A stretch of 64,000 nucleotides of DNA from Chloroflexota bacterium (GTDB lineage: Bacteria > Chloroflexota > Limnocylindria > QHBO01). A program made the position numbers and the translations under genes. Below are positions 54,811-64,000 of the stretch, in pieces. A model generated the notes under the pieces. It worked only from the letters and a program-made list of their open reading frames with translations, had not been told where the DNA came from and searched no databases. The first letter of the stretch is position 1. Every line of letters starts with the position of its first letter. The DNA lies in NCBI GenBank assembly GCA_040902225.1, contig JBBDXT010000002.1, positions 30,036 to 94,035 on the forward strand, in the 5' to 3' direction.

Positions 54811-56226
54811 TTACCTCGCGTAGCGCACGCCGCCGCCACGCCGCTCCTTGTTCAGCCGCCGGTTGAGGTGCAGCCCCTCCAGCACGAACTCCACGCCGCT
54901 GGCGACGCCGGCCGGCGATTCGCCAAGGTCGAGCCGCCCCACGGCGCGGCTCAGCTCCGGCAGCTCCGCGACGGTCCGCTGCAGCAGGTCCGAGGCCACC
55001 GCGTCGCCCACCTCGATCTCCGTCCCCGCCTCGAAGCGCTCGACCAGGCCGACCAGCTCGGAGAGCGAGAAGTGCCGATTGAAGACGTTGACCACGGCGC
55101 GCTGCACGAGCTTCTCGATCACCTTGTCCTCGCGCGTCTCGTCGCCGAGCGTCTCGAGCTCGATCTTGCCGGCGGTCGATGCCACGATCGCGCCGAGGTC
55201 GCTGACGCGTGGCGCCCCGATCGGCTCGCCCAGGCGCACGGCCCGCTTCAGGGCGGCGGCCACCAGCGTCTCGTGGTTGGCGATCGTTACGCGAACGCTG
55301 ACCCCGGAGCGCTGGCTCACCTCTGACGACCGTCGCGCCAGCTGCGACAGCTCGGCGACGATCTCCTTCATGAACGAGGGCACCTGCACCGGGACCGATG
55401 CCGCCGTCTCGTCATCGAAGGCCAGCCACTCGGCCTCCATGATGGCGATCTCGGTCTCCGGGTCCTCGGGGTAGTGAGTGCGGATCTGCGCGCCGAATCG
55501 GTCCTTGAGGGGCGTGATGATGCGCCCCCGGCTGGTGTAGTCCTCCGGGTTGGCGGATGCGACCACGAACAGGTCCAGGCTGAGCCGCACCTTGTAGCCC
55601 CGGATCTGGACGTCGCGCTCCTCCATCAAGTTCAGGAGCCCCACCTGGATCCGCTCGGCAAGGTCCGGCAGCTCGTTGAGCGCGAAGATCCCGCGGTTGG
55701 TGCGCGGCAGCAGGCCGTAATGGATCGTCAGCTCGTCGGAGAGGTAGCGGCCCTCGGCAACCTTGACCGGGTCGACCTCCCCCACCAGGTCGGCGATGGT
55801 GATGTCCGGCGTGGCCAGCTTCTCCCCGTAGCGATCCGCGGCCGCCACCCAGGCGATCGGGGTGGCATCCCCTTGTTCCGCCACCAGCGCGCGCGCAAAC
55901 GGGCTGGCCGGCCGCAGCGGGTCGTCGTGCAGCTCCGCGCCGGCCACGACCGGCATCCATTCGTCGAGCAGCCCCACCAGCGAGCGGGCGATCCGGCTCT
56001 TGGCCTGGCCGCGCTCCCCGAGCAGGATGATGTCCTGCCCCGCCAGGATGGCGTTCTCCACCTGTGGCAGCACCGTCTCGTCGTAGCCGATGATCCCCGG
56101 CAGCAGCGACTCCCCGCGCCGCAGACGATCCACCAGGTTGGCGCGCATCTCCTCCTTGACGCTCCGGGACCGGTACCCGCCGGCACGCAGCTCTGCGAGG
56201 GTGCCGATGGTCGGTCGGTCGGTCAT
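54811..56226 (-). CDS. ChlI/BchI-like (Mg-chelatase-type) AAA+ ATPase
   Basis: GYDETVLPQVENAILAGQDIILLGERGQAKS (Walker A variant), RGIFALNELPDLAERIQVGLLNLMEE (Walker B region reads NE), VVASANPEDY, ITPLKDRF. Confidence 0.85.
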   Translation of the reverse strand: MTDRPTIGTLAELRAGGYRSRSVKEEMRANLVDRLRRGESLLPGIIGYDETVLPQVENAILAGQDIILLGERGQAKSRIARSLVGLLDEWMPVVAGAELHDDPLRPASPFARALVAEQGDATPIAWVAAADRYGEKLATPDITIADLVGEVDPVKVAEGRYLSDELTIHYGLLPRTNRGIFALNELPDLAERIQVGLLNLMEERDVQIRGYKVRLSLDLFVVASANPEDYTSRGRIITPLKDRFGAQIRTHYPEDPETEIAIMEAEWLAFDDETAASVPVQVPSFMKEIVAELSQLARRSSEVSQRSGVSVRVTIANHETLVAAALKRAVRLGEPIGAPRVSDLGAIVASTAGKIELETLGDETREDKVIEKLVQRAVVNVFNRHFSLSELVGLVERFEAGTEIEVGDAVASDLLQRTVAELPELSRAVGRLDLGESPAGVASGVEFVLEGLHLNRRLNKERRGGGVRYAR

Positions 56227-57143
56227 GCGGTGGCTCCTTCGGGCAGGGACGGATAATCCAGTAGGGCGGACGCGACCGAGGCCGGATCGCAGACCCCGCG
56301 ATCCGCCAGCGCGGTGAGATATTCGGAACGTTCCGCCAGCTCCGCCTCCAGGTCGTCCGGTGCGAGGCCGAGGCTCGCGGCCAGCACAGCGTACGCCGCA
56401 GGGTCATGCACCAGAAGGCGGCCGGAGCGCCCCCCGTCGCCGGCCAGCCACGGCGGCTCCGGATCACGCTGCGCGCCGGTCAGGCTCGGTGACCGGCCGC
56501 CGTCGAGCGCCGCCAGGCGGAGGGGGGCCAGCGTCCCGCCATCGTCCAGCCGCAGGTGCCAGGCCTCCTCGACCCGACGGTACATGCCGGCCGGTGTGCG
56601 GTAGGCGGAGTACTGGAGGTAGAGCGTCAGGCCGGCAAGGTCGGCATCGGCCGCGCCGAGCTGATCACCTAGGAGGGCGATCGCCTCATCCAGCGAGTCG
56701 GCGTGCATGGTGGCGCCCATGCCGTAGCCGCGCCCCGCCAGCTGCAGTGCTCCGAGAGCGTTGCGGCCCCAGACGTAGACCGGCAGGTGGTCGCTCATCT
56801 CGTTGACCAGCAGGTAGCCGCGCTCGGGACCGATCTCATCGGTCCATTCAAAGTCGCCCCGCCAGCCACGCAGGAAGACCCCCACCGTGCCGGGAGCAAG
56901 GAAGTCGACCAGCGCGGAGAGGGTCGTCGTCTTGCCGGCCATCGGTGCCTCCGAGGCGAGCATCACGCTGCGCCTGCGGCTGGTCACCGCCCAGAGGGTC
57001 GCCATCAGGCGAGCGTCGAGGCTGCCGCTGCCGACGATCTCGACCGCGCTCATCGGCCGCGGCGGGCTCCAGTGATAGCCCCACCAGCCCTCCGGGAAGC
57101 GGCCGTACCACGCTTCCAGGCTGACGTCGGGGGAGGGCTCCAT
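56223..57143 (-). CDS. PilT/VirB11/GspE-like P-loop ATPase domain protein (short, divergent)
   Basis: Start set at ATG 57143 (MEPSPDVSLEAWY) within ORF 56223..57227. Walker A SEAPMAGKTTTLSAL, Walker B-like GYLLVNEMSD (compare LVGEMRD), His-box-like GYGMGATMHADS. ATGA overlap with the downstream AAA+ gene. Confidence 0.65.
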   Translation of the reverse strand: MEPSPDVSLEAWYGRFPEGWWGYHWSPPRPMSAVEIVGSGSLDARLMATLWAVTSRRRSVMLASEAPMAGKTTTLSALVDFLAPGTVGVFLRGWRGDFEWTDEIGPERGYLLVNEMSDHLPVYVWGRNALGALQLAGRGYGMGATMHADSLDEAIALLGDQLGAADADLAGLTLYLQYSAYRTPAGMYRRVEEAWHLRLDDGGTLAPLRLAALDGGRSPSLTGAQRDPEPPWLAGDGGRSGRLLVHDPAAYAVLAASLGLAPDDLEAELAERSEYLTALADRGVCDPASVASALLDYPSLPEGATA

Positions 57144-57365
57144 GGTGGCGGCCACGGTACGCGTGGGGAACCCGGGGCGCAACCGGGCAGTCGGGGGCCG
57201 TCGCGGGCGCGGTCGGGCGCCCTGCACGCCGGTCGCCCGTCTAACTGTCGTACCGCTTCTGTCTGGGCGTGACCGTGGACAGGGCGCACCGCGTGGCGTC
57301 AGCGGTGGCGTGTAGTGCGGTTACTTGTAGTTGCAAAGTCCCCGTCGGTATAGGTCCATGGGTGG

Positions 57366-58049
57366 ATGATCCGATCCAGACCCAACGCGGGTCCCCGCGA
57401 GCACAATGGCGATGCCCTCCGCGCCTTCTCGATTGCCATCGATCAGATGCGGAAGGGTGACGAGGTGGTTGCACTCATCAACCCGGGGGCGCGACGGTCG
57501 GGGGCGGCTTCCAGCGCGTGGCTGAGCGCCCGACTGGCAATCAGCGAGCTGCGGCGCGTGCTCCTGCCCCGCTGCGACGAGCGCTGCCTCACCACGCCGC
57601 ACGACGCTCATGGATTCGTCGTCCTGGCAAACCTGGCGCTCGATCCGGCCGAGCCGCGACAGCCATCCTGGTGGGACGGCTGGAACGACACCCTGCAGCG
57701 GGACCTGCGGACGGGGCGGGTGTGGTACGCGGGCTCCCCGATGCTGCCCGAAACGCCGGAGGGACAGCAGCTGCGAGCGGGCGTGCGACTGGCGCGGGTC
57801 ACGTCGACCGATCCATATTGGATTCACTACGACGCCATGGACCAGGAGGTCCTGTACCGCATCGAATCCGGCCCGTTCGAGGGCGACGCGCTGATCGCTG
57901 CCTCGTTTGGCCTGTCCCCGCTGCTCCCCGGTCTTGCCGGCGCCCTGATCGCGCCGGACCATCCGCCGGCGCGTGACCCCGACGTGGCCAGGCGATTGCT
58001 GATCGCGGGCTGGTCGACGGTCGAGCGAGGTCTTCCCTTCGAGGCATAG
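57366..58049 (+). CDS. hypothetical protein
   Basis: ORF 57366..58049. Strong G/C bias at third codon positions and ordinary residue composition. The opposite-strand ORF 57321..58178 looks like a shadow. Start uncertain (ATG 57447 possible). Confidence 0.5.
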   Translation: MIRSRPNAGPREHNGDALRAFSIAIDQMRKGDEVVALINPGARRSGAASSAWLSARLAISELRRVLLPRCDERCLTTPHDAHGFVVLANLALDPAEPRQPSWWDGWNDTLQRDLRTGRVWYAGSPMLPETPEGQQLRAGVRLARVTSTDPYWIHYDAMDQEVLYRIESGPFEGDALIAASFGLSPLLPGLAGALIAPDHPPARDPDVARRLLIAGWSTVERGLPFEA

Positions 58050-58071
58050 CCCGTGCAAGGGGGCCGGTATC

Positions 58072-58686
58072 ATGCGGGCAATGACCGATGCCGAGGCACC
58101 CGCGCCGCGTCCCATGATCCGCGGCGAGCGGGTCTGGCTGCGCCCCAGCGAACCATCCGACGTCATCCACGACTCCACCTACGCCGGCGATGCCGAGGTC
58201 GGCCACTTCCTGGGGGCGAAGACGCCGATGTCGAAGGCCGCTGCCGAGCGCTTCAGCACCGAGATCTTCTCGCAGAACCCGATGAATCCGACCGCCTATG
58301 GCTTTGCCATCTGCCTGCTGGGGACCGAGGAGAGCATCGGTACTGTCCTCCTGCGCGACGTCGACAAGGTCAACGGCAGCGGCATCGTCGGAATCTTCAT
58401 CGGGGACCGGCGCTACCTCGGCCAGGGATACGGAACCGATGCGCTCAATGCTCTGGTTGATCTCGGCTTCGGGGAGCTGCGCCTGGAGCGGATCGAGCTC
58501 GAGGTTTTCGACTTCAACGAGCGCGCCGTCCGCTCGTACCAGAAGGCCGGCTTCCAGACCGATGCCATCCAGCGACGTGCACGCTTCCATCGCGGCGCGC
58601 ACCACGACGTGCACATCATGTCCATCCTCCGCGACGACTGGCTGGCGATCCCCCGCAAGCGCAGCTGGGAGCTGGCCGGCCCCTAG
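58072..58686 (+). CDS. GNAT family N-acetyltransferase (RimJ/RimL-like)
   Basis: IFIGDRRYLGQGYGTDALNALVDLGFGELRLERIELEVFDFNERAVRSYQKAGF is a typical GNAT acetyl-CoA-binding core. Confidence 0.8.
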   Translation: MRAMTDAEAPAPRPMIRGERVWLRPSEPSDVIHDSTYAGDAEVGHFLGAKTPMSKAAAERFSTEIFSQNPMNPTAYGFAICLLGTEESIGTVLLRDVDKVNGSGIVGIFIGDRRYLGQGYGTDALNALVDLGFGELRLERIELEVFDFNERAVRSYQKAGFQTDAIQRRARFHRGAHHDVHIMSILRDDWLAIPRKRSWELAGP

Positions 58687-60017
58687 CCGACGCGCGGCAG
58701 CGCGATCGCGAAGGTCGTCCCGTCGGGGCCAGTACGCTCGATCGCGATGCGGCCGCCGTTGGCGACCAGGAGCTCACGGGCGATGGTCAGCCCGATCCCG
58801 CTGCCCGTGCGTGGCTCCCCGGCACCACGCGCCCGGTCCGCTCGATAGAAGCGTTCGAAGACGTGTGACAGATCCTGGGCGGCGATCCCCGGCCCGGCGT
58901 CGGTGACGCGCACCACCGCCTCAGTGGCCGCCGCTTCCGCCGCGACGTGCACCGTCGCTCCCTCGGGTGAGTGCTGCGCCGCGTTGGCCAGCACGTTGCG
59001 CAGCGCGCGGCCGACCTGGGTCGGGTCGACCTCGACCTGCAACGAGGCAGGACCCTGCGCAACAACGATTCCGACCCCTCGCTGCCGGAAGAGCGGCTCG
59101 ATGGCGCGCTCGACCTCGGCCAGCAGCTCCCCCAGCGACATGACCTGGGGGCGGCGCTGGAGGACCGCGGACTCGGCGTCGACCAACTCGCCGAGCTGCG
59201 CGATCACTCGCGACAGCGCGCCGGCCGCGGCACGTGCGCGATCAAGCTGCTGGCGATCCGCGGGCACCACCCCGTCGACCATCGCCTGCAGCTGCGACTC
59301 GAGCACGGTGGCCGGGGTCGCCAGGTCGTGCGCCATGTCACTGGCGGCGCGACGGCGCAGCATCTCCGAGCGCTGGACTCGCTCTGCCATGGCGTTGAAG
59401 GCACCGGCCAGCTCATTCGACTCGCGGTCAGGCCCGCCCGTTGCGCGGGCGCCGAGGTCGCCATGGCCAAGCCGCTGTGCGGCGGCCGCCACGCCCTGGA
59501 GCGGGCGCGTCAGGCGCGAGGAGAGGAGGAGGGCGACCACTACGACCGCCACGATCGCCAGCAGGCCGGCGACGAGCAGGCTCAGGTTGAAGATCCGCAG
59601 GAAGGCGCGATCCGAGCGTGGCACTTCGATCCGCAACGTTGCGTCCGAGCCCGGAACCGCCTCCGAGATGGTCTCGGTCGAGACCCCTGGTGGCAACCGG
59701 CCGACGTCGACCAGCAGGGCTCCATCGGGACCGATCAGCTGCACGTGTCCACGCATCGAGTTTGCGATGCGGCGGAGCACAACCTCGACCCCATGCTTCG
59801 CTTTGGGCGCCCCCAGGTCGACCCCGCCGATCGCTCCGGCGACAACCGTGATTCTGTCTCGCTCGGCCGCGCTCAGCTCCTGTTCCAGCGAGCCGCTGAC
59901 GATGCGGTTCACCGCGAGGCCGGCAATCAGCAGGACCGCAAGGACGGCGGCGGAGAGCATCAGGGCCAGCCGCAGGCCCAGCGGCTGGCCCCGGACCTCC
60001 TCACGGCTGACCGTCAC
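58683..60017 (-). CDS. sensor histidine kinase (TM-HAMP-HisKA-HATPase)
   Basis: Start set at GTG 60017 (GTGA overlap with the RR stop). H-box ASDMAHDLATPATVL. N-box RNVLANAAQHS. G-boxes DAGPGI, GSGIGLTIAREL. Confidence 0.85.
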   Translation of the reverse strand: MTVSREEVRGQPLGLRLALMLSAAVLAVLLIAGLAVNRIVSGSLEQELSAAERDRITVVAGAIGGVDLGAPKAKHGVEVVLRRIANSMRGHVQLIGPDGALLVDVGRLPPGVSTETISEAVPGSDATLRIEVPRSDRAFLRIFNLSLLVAGLLAIVAVVVVALLLSSRLTRPLQGVAAAAQRLGHGDLGARATGGPDRESNELAGAFNAMAERVQRSEMLRRRAASDMAHDLATPATVLESQLQAMVDGVVPADRQQLDRARAAAGALSRVIAQLGELVDAESAVLQRRPQVMSLGELLAEVERAIEPLFRQRGVGIVVAQGPASLQVEVDPTQVGRALRNVLANAAQHSPEGATVHVAAEAAATEAVVRVTDAGPGIAAQDLSHVFERFYRADRARGAGEPRTGSGIGLTIARELLVANGGRIAIERTGPDGTTFAIALPRVG

Positions 60018-60727
60018 GCCGGATCCCTCGCGGCCACCAGGCGATAGCCGGTCGACGGGATCGTCTCGATCAGCCACGGGTCGGCGGCGTCGTCGCCCAG
60101 CTTCTTTCGCAGGTTGGCCACGTGGACGTCCACCACGCGCTCATAGACCTCGTCCGGACGGCGCGCCACCGTTTCGAGCAGCTGCTCACGCGCCAGGACC
60201 GCGCCGGGACGGCGCGCCAGCGCCACCAACAGGGAGGCCTCGCCGGGTGTCAGCCGGCCACCCTCCCCGCCCGCAAGCGTGTAGCGCCTGGAGGCGGGAT
60301 CAAGGACAAGGCGACCGGCCGCAAGCGAGATGATCGCTTCGCCCAGGTCCGCCGCCTCGGGGCGAACGCGTCGCAGGATCGCCGCCACCCGAGCCGTGAG
60401 CTCATGCGGGTTGAAGGGCTTGGCAAGGTAGTCATCCGCGCCCAGCCGCAGCCCGGCGATGCGCTCGGCGTCGGAGCGCTTGGCGCTGGTGATCAGGATC
60501 GGGACGTCCGCCTTTTCGCGCAGGCCCTCGAGCACCGCCTCGCCCTGCATCCCGGGCAGCATCAGGTCCAGGACCACCAGGTCAGCCCCATCGGTTGCGA
60601 AGGCTGCCAACGCTGCCGCGCCGTCCCCGGCATCGGTCACCACGTAGCCTGCCCGCTCCAGGTACAGTCGCAGCAGCCCGCGCAGCTGCGGCTCGTCCTC
60701 GACGATCAGGATCCTGTGACGCGCCAT
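60014..60727 (-). CDS. OmpR/PhoB family response regulator
   Basis: RILIVEDEPQL, DLVVLDLMLPG, KPF. C-terminal winged helix VDVHVANLRKKL...TIPSTGYRL. Confidence 0.9.
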   Translation of the reverse strand: MARHRILIVEDEPQLRGLLRLYLERAGYVVTDAGDGAAALAAFATDGADLVVLDLMLPGMQGEAVLEGLREKADVPILITSAKRSDAERIAGLRLGADDYLAKPFNPHELTARVAAILRRVRPEAADLGEAIISLAAGRLVLDPASRRYTLAGGEGGRLTPGEASLLVALARRPGAVLAREQLLETVARRPDEVYERVVDVHVANLRKKLGDDAADPWLIETIPSTGYRLVAARDPA

Positions 60728-60761
60728 TGGCCCATCCTAGAGGCAGGCCGATTCAGAGGAT

Positions 60762-60799
60762 GTCAAGACAGCAGGGCGCGATCTTGATGCGTTCTTGAT
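60762..60799. promoter_or_regulatory. three TCTTGAY repeats in the response regulator / secreted protein divergent region
   Basis: TCTTGAT at 60782-60788 and 60793-60799 (11-bp phasing, direct) plus an inverted TCTTGAC copy at 60762-60768. Confidence 0.45.
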
Positions 60800-60863
60800 C
60801 GCCGGAGCCGATGCTCTGCTGGACTGAGATCACGGCAAGCGACGATCCAACGAGGACGAGCAC

Positions 60864-61589
60864 GTGAAGAACACCAAGACCCTGGGCATCGCCGGCGGGC
60901 TGGTCGCGGCAGCGCTCGTGGGTGGCACCCTGATCAGCGCCGCGCTGGCGGCACCCTCAGCACCGGGGGCGAGCGCATCGGCTGCCAATCTCGCCAACGG
61001 CGAGTACTGCGAGGCCTGGCAGGCGGCGTTTGCCGACCAGTTGGGCGTTTCTGTCGACGACCTTCTCCCCGCCGCCAAGGCCGCGAGCATCGCCGCCATC
61101 GACGCGGCGGTCGCGGCCGGCGACCTGACCGAGGAGCGCGCCACCGCGCTGAAGGACAAGATCGCGGCGGCAGATGGCAGCAACGCCTGCCGGTTCTTCG
61201 GTCATCCGTTCGCGCGGGGCGGGCATGGGCCCAAGGCTCACTTCGGCGGTCCTCTCCTGAGCGTGGCGGCCGAGGCACTCGGCATCGAGCCGGGCGAGCT
61301 CAAGCAAGCGCTGCGAAGCGGTGACTCGCTCCAGGACGTCGCCACCGCGCAGGGCAAGGACTACGACACCGTCAGCCAGGCGATTCTCGATGCTGCCAAG
61401 ACCAGGCTGGATGCGGCGGTGGCGGAGGGGCTGGACCAGGCCCGCGCCGACGAGATCCTCTCGAAGCTCGACGAGGCGCTGGCCTCCGGCGATCTCTCCC
61501 TGCTCCACCCCGGCCGTGGCCACGTTGGATTCCACGGGTTGGACGATGATGAGGCCGATGCGTCGGAATCTGAGGCGCCATCGACCTGA
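60864..61589 (+). CDS. secreted helical repeat protein with His/Gly-rich motifs, unknown function
   Basis: GTG 60864 (SD gaggacgag). Signal peptide MKNTKTLGIAGGLVAAALVGGTLISAALAAPSAP. Two related helical segments. GHPFARGGHGPKAHFGG and HPGRGHVGFHG. Acidic tail. Confidence 0.65.
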   Translation: MKNTKTLGIAGGLVAAALVGGTLISAALAAPSAPGASASAANLANGEYCEAWQAAFADQLGVSVDDLLPAAKAASIAAIDAAVAAGDLTEERATALKDKIAAADGSNACRFFGHPFARGGHGPKAHFGGPLLSVAAEALGIEPGELKQALRSGDSLQDVATAQGKDYDTVSQAILDAAKTRLDAAVAEGLDQARADEILSKLDEALASGDLSLLHPGRGHVGFHGLDDDEADASESEAPST

Positions 61590-61611
61590 CCCGAGCGTTC
61601 GCTCTTCGACT

Positions 61612-61641
61612 GAGGCCGTCCCGCACCCGCGGGGCGGCCTC
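61612..61641 (+). terminator. hairpin downstream of the secreted-protein gene
   Basis: GAGGCCGTCCCGC accc GCGGGGCGGCCTC gives a 13-bp stem with one G-U pair, followed by ttcctgtct. Confidence 0.45.
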
Positions 61642-61675
61642 TTCCTGTCTCGGGTCCCATTGACTCGGGTACGCT

Positions 61676-62671
61676 GTGACGGTGACGAAGATCGGCTACG
61701 CGGCCATGCTCGAGCAGTTCCATCCGACCGACCTGCTCGAATGGTGCCCACAGGCTGAGGCCGCCGGATTCTCCGCGGGATTCATGGTCAGCGAGCACTT
61801 CCACCCCTGGACGCCGCAACAGGGAAACGCTGCGTTCGCCTGGACTTTCTTGGGCGCCTTGGGGCAGCGCACGACCTTGCCGATCGGCCTCGCCGTCACA
61901 GCCCCGGGGTTCCGCTACCACCCCGCGGTCATCGCGCATGCCGCCGCCACGATGGGCGCGATGTATCCGGGCCGCTTCTGGCTCGGACTGGGTGCAGGTG
62001 AGGCGCTCAATGAGCACGTCATCGGCGGCAAGTGGCCAGAGATCGGCATTCGCAGCGCGATGCTGTTCGAGGCGATCGAAATCATCAACAAGCTCTTCAC
62101 GGGCGACGTGGTGCGGCACACCGGCACCTATTTCACCCTGGAGTCGGCCAAGCTCTACACCCGCCCGGAACAGGCGGTCCCGATCTACGTCGCCACCGCC
62201 GGACCGATGAACGCCAAGCGCACCGGTCGCCACGCCGACGGGATGATCACGGTCGGAGCGGCAGATGTGAAGATCCAGATGTTGTGGGCCAAGTTCGGAG
62301 AGGGGGCGCTCCAGGCGGGCCGGGATCCGCACTCAATGCCGAAGTTGCTGCAGATCCACGTCTCGTGGGCGAAGACCCACGCTGTGGCTGAGGCGAACGC
62401 AATGCGCGAGTGGCCCAACGGCGGCATGCCCTTTCCGAAGCAGGACATCCGCCACCCGGAGGACTTCGCCAACCTCGCCAAGCTGATCCGCCCCGAGCAC
62501 TTCACGAATCGGGTCCTGATCTCGGCCGACCTCGACGAGCACGCGGCGCACATCCAGAAGTTCGTGGACATGGGCTTCGACGAGATCCACCTTCACAACG
62601 TCGGGCGCAACCAGGCCGAATTCATTGCCGCGTTCGGGGAGGAGGTCCTGCCGCACCTCCGCCTCGGCTGA
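61676..62671 (+). CDS. F420-dependent oxidoreductase, glucose-6-phosphate dehydrogenase (FGD) family
   Basis: KIGYAAMLEQFHPTDLLEW, VSEHFHPW, WLGLGAGEALNEHV, ~331 aa. The substrate cannot be asserted. Confidence 0.8.
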   Translation: MTVTKIGYAAMLEQFHPTDLLEWCPQAEAAGFSAGFMVSEHFHPWTPQQGNAAFAWTFLGALGQRTTLPIGLAVTAPGFRYHPAVIAHAAATMGAMYPGRFWLGLGAGEALNEHVIGGKWPEIGIRSAMLFEAIEIINKLFTGDVVRHTGTYFTLESAKLYTRPEQAVPIYVATAGPMNAKRTGRHADGMITVGAADVKIQMLWAKFGEGALQAGRDPHSMPKLLQIHVSWAKTHAVAEANAMREWPNGGMPFPKQDIRHPEDFANLAKLIRPEHFTNRVLISADLDEHAAHIQKFVDMGFDEIHLHNVGRNQAEFIAAFGEEVLPHLRLG

Positions 62672-62677
62672 CGGAGC

Positions 62678-64000
<1,323 letters not shown>

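Noticed and set aside
57325-57354. TTGTAG-18 nt-TATAGG as a promoter for 57366..58049.
   Set aside because: Both hexamers match the consensus weakly (4/6 each) and the downstream gene itself is uncertain. This is too speculative to list as a feature.

Overview
This is very GC-rich, gene-dense bacterial chromosomal DNA with about 55 protein genes, very little non-coding space and many ATGA/GTGA stop-start overlaps. F420/LLM-type enzymes, TAT plus lipobox signals and TTGAC-17-TAnnnT promoters suggest an Actinomycetota- or Chloroflexota-like host, but I cannot assign taxonomy. I saw no rRNA, tRNA, CRISPR array, transposase, integrase or phage genes. All functional calls rest on motif recognition in the supplied or self-made translations; no database search was run. 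Layout: (i) 1-908: DUF1015 gene running off the left edge. (ii) 1024-14213: eight coupled genes, an ABC-2 exporter plus a MoxR/DUF58/VWA (Bat-like) module and two giant membrane proteins, one carrying a Gly-Gln-Pro tandem repeat. (iii) 14.3-20.7 kb: acetoacetyl-CoA synthetase, a fused E1alpha-beta/E2 2-oxoacid dehydrogenase and a metallophosphoesterase. (iv) 19.9-43.5 kb: a putative single regulon marked by five perfect copies of the palindrome TCGATTATCGA, four of them on or next to promoter -10 boxes. It covers E1/E2; transaldolase-cupin-split transketolase; an 8-gene operon (PpsA-like phosphohistidine protein, GntR, HprK-like P-loop protein, CoxMSL-type molybdenum hydroxylase, cyclase-family hydrolase, truncated PPDK-like protein); ADH-MBL-SDR; and a Liv/HAAT-type ABC importer. 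This is my best candidate for an undescribed catabolic system. (v) 43.6-50.4 kb: acyl-CoA dehydrogenase and a potA-D-B-C plus aminotransferase operon. (vi) 50.4-52.5 kb: flavin reductase / LLM oxidoreductase operon. (vii) 52.7-57.1 kb: a coupled triad of unknown function, PilT/VirB11-like P-loop protein, ChlI/BchI-like AAA+ and VWA protein. (viii) 57.4-64.0 kb: GNAT, an OmpR/HK pair with a candidate direct-repeat site, a His-rich secreted protein, an F420-G6PD-family enzyme, an atypical arginase-family protein, and a thiolase running off the right edge.
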